DNA from: an uncultured delta proteobacterium
Lineage (GTDB): Bacteria; Desulfobacterota; Syntrophia; Syntrophales; UBA2192
Direction: 5' to 3'
DNA length: 64,000 bases
Assembly: GCA_963705165.1 (NCBI GenBank)
Contig: CAVPJD010000009.1
Location: forward strand, 1-64,000
The notes beneath the pieces are model-generated. The model was not told the origin of the DNA, searched no databases, and worked only from the letters and a program-made list of their open reading frames with translations. A program made the translations under genes and the position numbers. The number at the start of each line of letters is the position of its first letter. Position 1 is the first letter of the stretch. This document shows, piece after piece, positions 31,764-41,294 of this stretch.

Positions 31764-31797
31764 AAAACCCCCGCGGGAGGTAGCCGGCGGGGGTTTT
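31764..31797 (-). terminator. Intrinsic terminator for the minus-strand small-ORF cluster
   Basis: aaaacccccgc ... gcgggggtttt hairpin 25 nt beyond the stop at 31823. Confidence 0.7.
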
Positions 31798-31822
31798 TCC
31801 TGTGGAAAACCGGGTTGAGAGA

Positions 31823-31939
31823 TTAGTTAATGACCCGGTCGATGAGGGTGGATTCATAAACCTCGGGGGTTCTTTCCCCGAATTTTTCCTGGTATGTTCT
31901 CGCGCTCTTCTTGTCCGCCGGCTTTGTAGACGTTTTCAT
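31823..31939 (-). CDS. Small protein, 38 aa (absent from the ORF track)
   Basis: AGGAG RBS 8 nt upstream; MKTSTKPADKKSARTYQEKFGERTPEVYESTLIDRVIN. Confidence 0.6.
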   Translation of the reverse strand: MKTSTKPADKKSARTYQEKFGERTPEVYESTLIDRVIN

Positions 31940-32150
31940 GTTCTGATCTCCTGATGCTGGTAAGCGTTGTCTTCCCGTGTTTACTGTCCCGCTGCTTTCA
32001 TCCGCTTTTCTGCCCCGTCAGGCTTCTCATCTCCACCCGTTCATGAGCGGGGAGACCGTCCCCGCCCATGAACGAATGCTAAGGAGATAGTCAGTGACGT
32101 GTTGCAGAAGATACCGGTAACTGACTTATAAACTCGTTGTGCCAGGACTT

Positions 32151-32252
32151 TTACTGCCGTACCGGGCCGCACATGGGATCAACCCAGTACTTTCCGTTGA
32201 GCATCTTCTCCTGGCCCTTTTTCACGTCTTTTTTCGTCTCGTTCTTTCTCAT
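32151..32252 (-). CDS. Small peptide B, 33 aa, WVDPMCGP motif
   Basis: MRKNETKKDVKKGQEKMLNGKYWVDPMCGPVRQ; purine-rich upstream; paralog of 32307-32414. Confidence 0.75.
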   Translation of the reverse strand: MRKNETKKDVKKGQEKMLNGKYWVDPMCGPVRQ

Positions 32253-32306
32253 GGCCTTTTTCTCTTTCGCAGCAATTCTGTTTGTTGGATGTCGTGATCT
32301 CTGGCG

Positions 32307-32414
32307 TTATTTGCCCGTTACCATGGGGCCGCACATCGGGTCGACCCAACTCTTGGCGTCCATCAGTTTCCTGGGGGTGATCTTCTTGATTTCAAGCTTT
32401 TCGATCTTTCTCAT
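32307..32414 (-). CDS. Small peptide A, 35 aa, WVDPMCGP motif
   Basis: AAGGAGGT RBS 6 nt upstream; MRKIEKLEIKKITPRKLMDAKSWVDPMCGPMVTGK. Confidence 0.82.
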   Translation of the reverse strand: MRKIEKLEIKKITPRKLMDAKSWVDPMCGPMVTGK

Positions 32415-32651
32415 GGGACTACCTCCTTAAGGTGTCTGCCGTGTTTATCGATGCGGGTTCGGAAACTCTTTTCGCTCCGCTGTTCTTCTTTTTTTCAATG
32501 CTAACCTAGCGCATCGGCATCGAAATAGAAATCGGCGGCAGTCTGAAAGTGGGATAAGACAGGCAATGAGCAACGGCTAAGACGGGGGCGCAACGTGCCA
32601 TCAGACATTGTCCGATGGATGGTGGGGAGGCAAAAAATCCATGGTGCCTGT

Positions 32652-33566
32652 TCAGGCCGTCGGCGGCGAGCCGTCCGACGGCCCGGCGCACTCGATATCG
32701 GAGATCAACCGTTCGAGCTCACGGCGGTCGAAACGGTAGACCGCCCGGCAGAATTCACAGCCCACCTCGGCCTCGCCGTGTTCCTCGAGCAGGTGCGTCA
32801 GCTCTACAGACCCCAGCGAAATGAGGACCCGCTCGATGCGGTCGCGATTACAGGTGCATCGGAAGGACAGGTTCTTTTTCTCCAGTGTCTTATAGGGGAT
32901 CCCCTCGAAGATCAAGCCGAGGAGGTCCTCCGGCGCGTTGCCTTCCCTCAGGACATCGGTGACCGAGCGGATCTTGCGAATATTGATGATGAGCTGATCG
33001 ATCGTCTGATCCTCCGAGGGCGGCAGCGACTGGATGAGAAACCCGCCCGCCGCCGAAACCTGCCCGTCCGCCTCGACAAAGACCCCGAGCCCCACGGCCG
33101 AGGGGATTTGCTCGGATTCGACGAAGTAGTAGGCAATGTCCTCGGCGATCTCACCCGTGCGCAGTTTCACGATGCCCTGATAGGGCTCGTCGAGACCCAC
33201 GTCCTTGAATACGGTGAGAAAGCCCTCGGTGCCGAGGGCCCCCGAGACGTGGAGCTTGCCGTCATCCTTGACCATCACGTCGATGCCCGGGACCCCAACG
33301 AACCCCCGGACGGTGCCTGCGCTGTCGGCCTCGACGAGGATCTTTTTCAGAGGGCCGTTGCCCTCGAACTTGAGCCCGACCCGCAGGCCGGGCTTTCCCA
33401 GTGCGCCCAGGAGAAGCCCCCCCGTGAGGGCCCTGCCCAGGGCTGCCGAGGCCGTAGGCGTCGTCCCGTGGAGCCGGCATGCGAGGTTCACCAGATCTGT
33501 CGTCCGGCAGGCAAGGCCGATGACGTTCGCTTTGTCGCTCAGTACGCGGATGAGGGTATCGGACAT
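32652..33566 (-). CDS. hslO: Hsp33 redox-regulated chaperone
   Basis: [33 protein letters not shown]...CEFC zinc motif. Confidence 0.95.
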   Translation of the reverse strand: MSDTLIRVLSDKANVIGLACRTTDLVNLACRLHGTTPTASAALGRALTGGLLLGALGKPGLRVGLKFEGNGPLKKILVEADSAGTVRGFVGVPGIDVMVKDDGKLHVSGALGTEGFLTVFKDVGLDEPYQGIVKLRTGEIAEDIAYYFVESEQIPSAVGLGVFVEADGQVSAAGGFLIQSLPPSEDQTIDQLIINIRKIRSVTDVLREGNAPEDLLGLIFEGIPYKTLEKKNLSFRCTCNRDRIERVLISLGSVELTHLLEEHGEAEVGCEFCRAVYRFDRRELERLISDIECAGPSDGSPPTA

Positions 33567-33758
33567 CTTATAGCAGGAATTGGGTAATGGGTATTGGGGT
33601 ACAGGGAATCTGTCCAATTCCAAAGAGCTACTTACATACCATGCCGGCCGGGGAAGGGGTCAATCGAAAAAATCATTTTGCCCGATTGCCTGCACGCCGG
33701 TTTGATGTTATTGTGTTGTCACAATACCAACATGAAGATTCTTGAAGGAGGGAATGCC

Positions 33759-34004
33759 ATGAGGATCATCAGAGTCATCACCGTGATTATGGCCGTCGTT
33801 TTTGCGTTGAACATGGCTGCATGCTGCGGTCCTGACACCACGACGACGGAGGTCAAGAAAACGGAGATCATCAACCAGCCGACCGTCGGGCAGCAGCTGG
33901 AGGATCTCGACAAGGCCTACAAGAACGGCGCGATTACCAAGGAAGAATACGATAAGACCAAGCAAGACATTCTGAAAAGAGTCGAGCAGCCCAAGGCCAA
34001 GTGA
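33759..34004 (+). CDS. Small SHOCT-domain lipoprotein
   Basis: Lipobox MAAC; TVGQQLEDLDKAYKNGAITKEEYDKTKQDIL. Confidence 0.85.
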   Translation: MRIIRVITVIMAVVFALNMAACCGPDTTTTEVKKTEIINQPTVGQQLEDLDKAYKNGAITKEEYDKTKQDILKRVEQPKAK

Positions 34005-34008
34005 GTTG

Positions 34009-34052
34009 ATCCCGGGGATGAAGGGCGGACACCCGAATCCCCGGGATTTTTT
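34009..34052 (+). terminator. Intrinsic terminator
   Basis: atcccggggat ... atccccgggat followed by a T-run. Confidence 0.65.
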
Positions 34053-34060
34053 CTTCCCTC

Positions 34061-34546
34061 GTGAGAACTTCGGGCCTTCGGGAGCCTCGGCGAGGAGCTG
34101 TGGCCAAGACGGATCAATTCGGTCAAGGCGTCAGATGGCAGGCGGCACCGATCGTTGTGCTTGTATGGATCGCGATCAGCCTCCTGAGCCCGGCCGCCAC
34201 CACGTTCGGGTCTGACTTCACGATGAAGGGGCCCCGGGAAGAGTTGCGTGTCCCCGAAAAAAGCGACGGCTTGGAGACCTCCAGCGTCGGCGTGGCAATG
34301 CACGGGTTGATCCGGTTCTACCAGGTCGTCATTTCGCCGGCGGGCGGGCCTGACCGCTGCGGTTTCCGGCCCAGCTGCTCCCACTACGGCTACCAGGCCA
34401 TCCGGGAACAGGGCCCCGTCGAGGGGGTCGTGATGACGGCAGACCGGCTGACCCGGTGCAACATCTTCGAGAGGCCCGGATACACGCGACTCCCCAACGG
34501 AAAGCTCTACGATCCCGTTTCGAACAACCTGCTCTTCGAAAAATGA
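34061..34546 (+). CDS. YidD-like (membrane protein insertion efficiency factor family) protein; start uncertain
   Basis: IRFYQVVISP, CGFRPSCSHY..QAI...G, DRLTRC, YDP; hydrophobic N-terminal stretch. Confidence 0.8.
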   Translation: MRTSGLREPRRGAVAKTDQFGQGVRWQAAPIVVLVWIAISLLSPAATTFGSDFTMKGPREELRVPEKSDGLETSSVGVAMHGLIRFYQVVISPAGGPDRCGFRPSCSHYGYQAIREQGPVEGVVMTADRLTRCNIFERPGYTRLPNGKLYDPVSNNLLFEK

Positions 34547-35439
34547 AATCATTGCAACGGCTCCTGCCGATACACTTTTGGCTGTTCCTTTTTCTCGCCT
34601 CTGTTTCCCCGCTTCATGCCGAAGACGGGGCCGTCCTTTTTACCGGGGATGTCCAGCTCAAGATCGCCGACGCCTTCATGGAGGAGGGCGAATACTACCG
34701 TGCGGTCACTGAATACAAGAAATTCCTGATCCTTTTCCCGGATTCCGCAAAGGCGGACTATGCCTCCTTCGGGATCGCCATGGCCTATTTCAAGGGCGAG
34801 GAGTACGGGGCGGCTGCGCGATCCTTCCTGGCCCTGCGCGAAAAATATCCCGAAAGCGGCTACGCGATCCAGGCCGGATATCTCGAGGGGGTAAGCCAAT
34901 GGAATCTGAAGAATTACGACAGGGCGCGGGCGGCGCTGGAGGCTCTCGCCGAAAAGTACCCCGAATCGAAATATGCCCCCCGCTCGCTCCTGGTGATCTG
35001 CCTGGCGGCTCTCGATGAAAACAGGGCGGAGGTGAGCCGTCAAGCTCTGAAACGATTCCTGGAGCGGTACCCCGGTCATCCCGGCGAGGAGAATGTCCGT
35101 GAGGCCTTGGCGCTTCTCGACCGGTATCAGGAGCTTCCCGAAAAATCCCCCGTCCTGGCCGGGGTCATGTCGGCCATCCTGCCCGGATCGGGCTACATCT
35201 ACGCCGAACACTATGGAGACGGAATCACGGCGTTTCTCATCAACGGGCTCTTCATCGCGGGAACGATCACGGCCATTCATCAGGAAAACTACGGCGTGGC
35301 CGGCATCGTCGGGGGCGTCGGGGTGCCGTTCTACCTGGGAAACATCTACGGATCGGCCAACGCGGCAAAGAAATGGAACCTCGCGGTCCGAAACGAGATC
35401 ATCCAAAAAATCCACTCGACCCTTTCCCCGCTTCTCTGA
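34543..35439 (+). CDS. Exported TPR (BamD/YfiO-like) protein with C-terminal TM2-like region
   Basis: Signal peptide; YYRAVTEYKKF, YP repeats; KSPVLAGVMSAILPGSG..Y; FYLGNIYGS. Confidence 0.8.
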   Translation: MKSLQRLLPIHFWLFLFLASVSPLHAEDGAVLFTGDVQLKIADAFMEEGEYYRAVTEYKKFLILFPDSAKADYASFGIAMAYFKGEEYGAAARSFLALREKYPESGYAIQAGYLEGVSQWNLKNYDRARAALEALAEKYPESKYAPRSLLVICLAALDENRAEVSRQALKRFLERYPGHPGEENVREALALLDRYQELPEKSPVLAGVMSAILPGSGYIYAEHYGDGITAFLINGLFIAGTITAIHQENYGVAGIVGGVGVPFYLGNIYGSANAAKKWNLAVRNEIIQKIHSTLSPLL

Positions 35440-35596
35440 TGGCAGACCCGATCATTCCACTCCGTGGTATTATTCCTTGACAATCCGGGGCTAACTTCCT
35501 TATGAGTAGTACTGTCATCCTTTCAAATCAGCGAGTCAACCCACCAGCATAACCTTCCAGCCCTCCAGAAGGAGCAGGCCGTGGAAAGGATACCTT

Positions 35597-35636
35597 AAAC
35601 CCCACTTCTCGAATCGGGAGGCGGGGTTTATTTTTT
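35597..35636 (+). terminator. Terminator-like hairpin in the leader upstream of the ADH gene
   Basis: aaaccccacttctc-gaatc-gggaggcggggttt followed by attttttt. Confidence 0.6.
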
Positions 35637-35775
35637 CCGGTATGCAGTCGAGAGCGACCCGGTAGACGGTCCAGAGAGGCGCGCTGCTGATCACGCAGAA
35701 ATGCGCCCCTGCAGGATGCCGGAGGTGGCCGGGTTTCAATCTCAAACTTTCGAGGGCAGGAAAAGGAGGGACGCC

Positions 35776-36882
35776 ATGACCCGCCCAGCCGATTCGGATG
35801 TTCAGGAGATCCGGGCAGCCGTTCTGCGCCACAAAGGCGGCCCCATGAAGGCGGAATCCCTCACGATGGAAGGCCCCCGGGACGACGAGGTCCTGGTTCG
35901 CATCGTCGCCAGCGGTATCTGCCATACCGACATCCGCTATGTCGATGACTGGTACCGAGAGTCTGATGGAGCCGTAATCCTGGGCCATGAGGGCGCCGGC
36001 ATCGTGGAGCGTGTCGGGGCTGAGGTGAAGGGCGTCCGGCGCGGTGACCATGTCGTCCTCTCCTTCCAGTCCTGTGGCCATTGCCCCCCCTGCCGGAGCA
36101 GACACCCGACGGACTGTGAGTCCATCTATGATCTGAACTTCGGCTTCCATCGCCAAGACGGCAGCAATGCGCTGCGCCGCAGCCGCGTGAGGGGCCACTT
36201 TTTCGGACAATCCTCTTTTGCGACGCACGTCCTGGCAACGGAGCGCAACCTTGTGAAGGTCCCGAAAAACCTGCCCCTGGAGGTGCTGGCCCCGCTCGGG
36301 TGCGGCCTGCAGACCGGTGCCGGAACCGTGATGAATTCTCTGGCAGTGCCTGCCGGGGCGAGCATCGCCGTCTTCGGCACGGGAGGCGTCGGCCTGGCGG
36401 CAGTCATGGCGGCGCGCATCGTCGGGGCCTATCCCATCATCGGCGTCGACAGGGTCCCCTCGCGGCTCAAGCTTGCCCTGGAGCTGGGCGCAACCCACGT
36501 GATCGACACCCGTCGTGAAAGCGTGACCGAGGGCATCCGGGCAGCCACCGGCAGCGGGGTCGATTACGTGATCGAGACGACCGGCAGCGACAGGCTGTAT
36601 CGACTCGCCGTTGTTTTGTTGAATCCGAAGGGCACCGCGGCCTATCTTGCAGGCGAGAACGGACCGGACTCCCTGCCGGGGGGGCGCAGGGCCCTGAGCA
36701 TCGTCCAGGGAGATGCCATGCCCCAGATTTTTATCCCGATGCTGATCGATTATTACAGAAAAGGGCTTTTCCCCTTCGACCGACTCGAAAAATTCTACGA
36801 CTTCGGGCAGATCAACCGCGCCATCGCCGATGCCCGGTGCGGCCGCACCATCAAGCCCGTCCTGCGGGTAAGCCAAGCCTAG
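35776..36882 (+). CDS. Zn-dependent NAD(P) alcohol dehydrogenase (aryl-alcohol DH-like)
   Basis: GICHTD, GHEGAG, CGHCPPC...C, FFGQSSFA, APLGCGLQTGAG, GTGGVG. Confidence 0.93.
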   Translation: MTRPADSDVQEIRAAVLRHKGGPMKAESLTMEGPRDDEVLVRIVASGICHTDIRYVDDWYRESDGAVILGHEGAGIVERVGAEVKGVRRGDHVVLSFQSCGHCPPCRSRHPTDCESIYDLNFGFHRQDGSNALRRSRVRGHFFGQSSFATHVLATERNLVKVPKNLPLEVLAPLGCGLQTGAGTVMNSLAVPAGASIAVFGTGGVGLAAVMAARIVGAYPIIGVDRVPSRLKLALELGATHVIDTRRESVTEGIRAATGSGVDYVIETTGSDRLYRLAVVLLNPKGTAAYLAGENGPDSLPGGRRALSIVQGDAMPQIFIPMLIDYYRKGLFPFDRLEKFYDFGQINRAIADARCGRTIKPVLRVSQA

Positions 36883-36903
36883 GGAGAAACCAGAAAAGCA
36901 GGC

Positions 36904-39027
36904 TTACGGTTTTGCCTGGTTTACGGGGATGGATATCCTGAAGGTACTGCCTTTGCCGGGTTCGGTCAGGACCTCGATTTGACCGGTCATTTCGTCGACC
37001 AGGCTCTTGACGATGTAGAGCCCGAGGCCTGTCCCCTTTCCATCTTTTCTTGACGTGAAGAACGGATAGAATATTTTCTTTTTTGTTTCCTCGTCCATGC
37101 CGCAGCCGTTGTCCGTGATCTCGATGGTGAAGCGATTCCCGCCGTTCTTTTCCACGAAGGCCTTGAGCCCCAGCCTGGAATCCTCCTTGTCCGTTACCTG
37201 CGAGGCGTTGATCAACAGATTGATAATCACCTGCTCAAGGGCCAAGGGGTCCGCCAGGATCGTCGGCATGTTTGCCTCGATATCGACCTCGAAGGTTCGG
37301 ATGGCTCGCTTGATCTGATGCCGGCAGATGGAGACAGCTTTTTCGATCGGCTCGCAGGGTTCGATGGGCACTCTCTTGTCGCAGGTCCTCTTCTTCGAAA
37401 ATCCGACAAATTTGGCGACCGTCGCGTGGATGCGCTCCGCCCCGTTCTGGATATTCGTCAAAAGCTTCAGGGCGTCTTCCTGGAACGCATCCCCCGACAT
37501 CCCCATGATTTCAAAGCCGGCCCTGCCTGCCGCCTGCTCCTGAACCATGGGAAGCATGGCGCCGAGATAATCCCTGAGAATCGGCACGTTGAAGAGGATC
37601 AAGTTGTTCGGATTGTTGATTTCGTGGGTCACGCTGGATACGAGCAGACCGAGGGCTGCCAGCTTCTCCTGCTGGATCAGCTCGGTGGTCATGATTTTTT
37701 CTTTTGTGATGTCACTGATCCGGACAATGGCCGACCCCGAAACCCGATATTCCTCGTGAGTCGGATAGACGAAAACTTTTTCATATTTCCCGGACTTTTC
37801 AGGACTGTTCGACTCGAAGCTCGACTCCTCGAAGTGCAAAACAGCCGATTGCACGGAGTTCAGCAAATCGAGGTCGAAGTGCTCTTGCGCCAACGCCGTA
37901 AAGGGCTTCCCCAGGATCTCCAGGTAGTCGGCTGAATGAAAGTAATCGACCGTGGCCCTGTTCGCCATCCGGATGCAGAGATCGCGATCGACCATGATCA
38001 GCGGATCGGAGATGCTGTCGAAGACGGATCGCAGGGTGTTGCGGCTCTGCTGCAGCATCCCCTCGACTTTTCGACGTTCCTCGAGCTCCGCATGCAGGGC
38101 CTCGTTTGCCCTCTTCAACTCGGCTGTTCGTTCCGCAACTCGCGTCTCAAGATCCGCATAGGCTTTCAGCAGGGCTCTCTCAAATCCTTTTTGTTCCGTC
38201 ACGTCGCGAAGAATGACAATGTATTTCTTTTCGTGGGCGATGTGCAGCGCTTTAACCACGACCTCCCTGGAGCTCGGAAGGCGGAAGGACAGGTTGCCGT
38301 CAGCCGGTCGCCGGCGTTTTTTTGCTGAAAGGAGCTTTGAGATCCCGGCCTGTTCCTGCTTCGGGAACAAGTCGACAAATTTCACGGAGATGAGAGCAAT
38401 TTCAGGCTGTCCAAAGATGGAGATCGCTGCCGGGTTCGCGAAGATGACACTCCCCCCCTCCGTCAACTCAAGACGGCCTTCTGAACTATTCGACATGAAG
38501 GCTTCGTGATTCCGGTTGATGGAGATCAACTCGCCGATGAGGTTTCGCGGCAGGATCTCCGCAGGGCGATCGATCCGATCCTGCTTTTTCCTGTGTGCCT
38601 TTTTCTCAAAGCAGGACAGTGCCTCGTTTATTTTTTTGTACGTCTGGTTGAAGGAGGCTTTTGCGATGCAGTCGTTGGCGCCCATCCCGAGGTAATCGAC
38701 CGTTACCCCCTCGGATGCCAAGGCGGTGACGAGGATGATGTAGACGTCCTTCACGGCCGTATCCATTTCCCGGATCATGCGGCAAAGCCGATCTCCGCTG
38801 ACATTCGGCATCACCAGGTCCAGAAGGATGACATCGGGCGTGACCGCCTTCAAAATCTTCAGTGCAGAGACGCCGTCCTTGGCCGTCAGGACATGGAACC
38901 CGTCTTTCTTGAGAAACTTCGCGAGCAGCGCCAGGAAGACGGGGTCGTTGTCCACGATCAGGATCTGATCGACTTTCGCGGCGCGCAGGGTGTCCGCGCG
39001 TTTCCTGGCAGGCGCTAATTTTTTCAT
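36904..39027 (-). CDS. Hybrid sensor histidine kinase (REC-PAS-PAS-HisKA-HATPase)
   Basis: ILLDLVMP, HEINNP, NLLINA, DNGCGM, PFFTS, GTGLGL. Confidence 0.92.
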   Translation of the reverse strand: MKKLAPARKRADTLRAAKVDQILIVDNDPVFLALLAKFLKKDGFHVLTAKDGVSALKILKAVTPDVILLDLVMPNVSGDRLCRMIREMDTAVKDVYIILVTALASEGVTVDYLGMGANDCIAKASFNQTYKKINEALSCFEKKAHRKKQDRIDRPAEILPRNLIGELISINRNHEAFMSNSSEGRLELTEGGSVIFANPAAISIFGQPEIALISVKFVDLFPKQEQAGISKLLSAKKRRRPADGNLSFRLPSSREVVVKALHIAHEKKYIVILRDVTEQKGFERALLKAYADLETRVAERTAELKRANEALHAELEERRKVEGMLQQSRNTLRSVFDSISDPLIMVDRDLCIRMANRATVDYFHSADYLEILGKPFTALAQEHFDLDLLNSVQSAVLHFEESSFESNSPEKSGKYEKVFVYPTHEEYRVSGSAIVRISDITKEKIMTTELIQQEKLAALGLLVSSVTHEINNPNNLILFNVPILRDYLGAMLPMVQEQAAGRAGFEIMGMSGDAFQEDALKLLTNIQNGAERIHATVAKFVGFSKKRTCDKRVPIEPCEPIEKAVSICRHQIKRAIRTFEVDIEANMPTILADPLALEQVIINLLINASQVTDKEDSRLGLKAFVEKNGGNRFTIEITDNGCGMDEETKKKIFYPFFTSRKDGKGTGLGLYIVKSLVDEMTGQIEVLTEPGKGSTFRISIPVNQAKP

Positions 39028-39252
39028 GGCTGAGTATCACCCGGGAAAAGACACCGGGACCTGTTCAGGATCGCTTCGGAAACCCCGAAGAAAGCAGAGG
39101 GCTCGACGGTCGTGCATCGACTCACGGGCCTCGGAAAATCGGCCTGCCCCTTCAGCAATGCCCCGGTGCGAACGATCCATGCCGGGACGGTCCGAGGTTG
39201 TCGAGAACCGCGCGCCTGTGCAGGGAAATCGACCACCGCCTGCAGAGTCGTT

Positions 39253-39666
39253 TCAACCGAGAGCACTGTCTACCACTTCCCTCATCTGCCAGATTCCGAC
39301 CGGTTTGATCAGTATTTTATCGATGCCGAAGTCATAGGCCGTCTGGGGCGTGATCAGCTCGCTGTAGCCCGTGCAGAGAATGATGGAGATGTTCGGCCTG
39401 ATTTTTTTCAGGTGATCTGCCAGGTCGAGCCCGGTCAGATTCGGCATCGCCTGGTCCGTAATGACCAGGTCGAATTCGTCAGGTCTGGCCTTGAACGCTT
39501 CCAGGGCTTCGACACTGCTGATCCGCGTGCTCACCTCGTGCCCGAGTTGCAGCAGCATGCCGCAGTAGGTTTCGCAAATGATTTCCTCATCATCCACAAA
39601 AAGGATTCGCCCTCTTCTGCTGGAGTAAAGGGATGCAGGATGCAGATCTGTAAGGGTCACGGTCAA
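39253..39666 (-). CDS. Single-domain response regulator
   Basis: ILFVDDE, DLVITDQAMP, IILCTGYS, KP. Confidence 0.85.
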   Translation of the reverse strand: MTVTLTDLHPASLYSSRRGRILFVDDEEIICETYCGMLLQLGHEVSTRISSVEALEAFKARPDEFDLVITDQAMPNLTGLDLADHLKKIRPNISIILCTGYSELITPQTAYDFGIDKILIKPVGIWQMREVVDSALG

Positions 39667-40134
39667 CTCTCCCTGTGTGTCCTATGATCGAAAATGCAAA
39701 TCCGGAGGCATGAGAGGGCACGCCTCACATCAGTCATATCGGTCGATGGGTCAGGAAATGAATACGAAGAAAGTATGATTATTCCATGCGGCCTCCCCCG
39801 GGGCGTTTCAGGGCCGGGTTCGCACGGCGACACGTACCCTGTCCGAAGGGACACATCCAGATCAGACTACGCCGCTTAGGCACACACGGTTATCTGCCGA
39901 GGATTCCACGACTATTTATCTTCGATAGGCCAACATGGAACGCAGAGCGGAAATTCCGAAAGGCTGCAACCCCGCCTCCTTTCCCATATTCAGCTGATAT
40001 CATGAGGGATTCGTGAATATTTCCTCTCCGGCATGAGTAATGCCTTGGGGACGCTGGCAACAATGTGAAGTTCCCGCCTGCGAGGCGGGGCCGGGCGAAG
40101 CGTTCCCGGTCAGGAAACCAGGAGAGGTGTCACG

Positions 40135-40434
40135 ATGCAGCAGGAAATTTCCATGGTCTATTTGAGCGAAAGCAACCCTTTTCCCCAATATTTCACGCCT
40201 TCAGATCTCCGGTCGATGGTCGGTGAAAGATGGGGTTCGACCGGAGATTTTATCGTGCTGGAGAAAGCCGGCAATGAGGTCACCGTCATCACCTGCGAGG
40301 AGAATTCCCCCTGTGTGGATGAATTGCGCAAGGCGTTGCTGAAGGACAAGAAGATTTCCGTCAAGGTCACGGAAAAAGGGGAGCTCCATCGGCTCTTCAC
40401 CAGAATCTGCAATTTCTTCGGCCTGATTCACTAG
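40135..40434 (+). CDS. Hypothetical protein
   Basis: GGAGAGG RBS; 99-aa ORF. Confidence 0.65.
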   Translation: MQQEISMVYLSESNPFPQYFTPSDLRSMVGERWGSTGDFIVLEKAGNEVTVITCEENSPCVDELRKALLKDKKISVKVTEKGELHRLFTRICNFFGLIH

Positions 40435-40465
40435 CGATGAAAAAGGCGAAAGCGGGGTCGGAACG

Positions 40466-40780
40466 ATGTCTTACGAGAAGCTGCTCGTCATAAAGGAAGA
40501 TCTCCTGGAAGTCGCCGGCAGCGAGGCTCTCTCCCATGATCTGAGTCGTGCAGTCGAGAAAAGGATCGCCCACTGCGATGATGGAAAAACGACCCGTTCA
40601 TTCCGGCGCGAAATCGTCGAACTGATCACCTCCATCGAGATGCTCAAAATCCGATTCCTGCGCGGCGAGGTGCGCGCCAGGGATCTCCACAGGGAAGTCG
40701 ACTTCAGTCTCAACCAATTCCGCATGCGATACCAGAACTTCAACTACCAGGATGACCCGATATTCAGCGCCTATTTCTGA
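40466..40780 (+). CDS. Hypothetical protein
   Basis: 104-aa helical-looking ORF, co-oriented with the previous one. Confidence 0.6.
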   Translation: MSYEKLLVIKEDLLEVAGSEALSHDLSRAVEKRIAHCDDGKTTRSFRREIVELITSIEMLKIRFLRGEVRARDLHREVDFSLNQFRMRYQNFNYQDDPIFSAYF

Positions 40781-40862
40781 CCCCTGCGCATCTGCTCCGA
40801 TGGCAGGGATGGCGCCGCCCCTCGTGACAGGATGCTGGCTGGGTCAAGAGGGGGGGGAGGAG

Positions 40863-41294
40863 TCACATGAAACAGGAAATCAGAACAATTTGATAAAATA
40901 CGACGCCGCTGTAAAGAATGAACGCCATGGCAATCACGGTCTTGGCGAGGCTGAATTTGCTGTGGAGACACAGCAGGAGAAGAGCGCAGCCTATGACGGC
41001 AAGTTTCCAGACGATGAAATGATTCCCGAACGTTGTGATTGCCCAATCCGCAACGGGATTCAGCTCCGTGCCTCCGCAAGCCAGAATCATGTGGGTGAAA
41101 AGGGCGTCGAAAATGTTCAACACGACAATCCAGAGCAGCACCGTGAAAAGTCGATGACCGTAACGGTCGACATAACCGCCACGAAGCCGTTCCTCTCTGC
41201 GCCTGAAAAGACTTCTTCGCCCGCAGAAAAATGTATAGCGGCTCAATACGGGGGTGGGCCTTTTGCGGCGATCTGTCTGACTTCTCTTATTCAT
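40863..41294 (-). CDS. DUF5658-like membrane protein
   Basis: DRR..PTP, GRR...RR, YVDRY, DALFT, GGTELNP and TM helices. Confidence 0.7.
   Translation of the reverse strand: MNKRSQTDRRKRPTPVLSRYTFFCGRRSLFRRREERLRGGYVDRYGHRLFTVLLWIVVLNIFDALFTHMILACGGTELNPVADWAITTFGNHFIVWKLAVIGCALLLLCLHSKFSLAKTVIAMAFILYSGVVFYQIVLISCFM

Noticed and set aside
31981..32030. Tiny minus-strand ORFs (MRSLTGQKSG, MKAAGQ) as further peptide copies
   Set aside because: No WVDPMCGP motif, poor RBS spacing, too short to support
32137..32430. 97-aa plus-strand ORF with repeated GPHxGSTQ
   Set aside because: Antisense shadow of the two WVDPMCGP peptides; the RBS, ATG starts and synonymous-change pattern all support the minus strand
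32590..32600. TGGCACG on the minus strand as a sigma-54 promoter for the peptide cluster
   Set aside because: TTGC follows immediately rather than at -12 spacing
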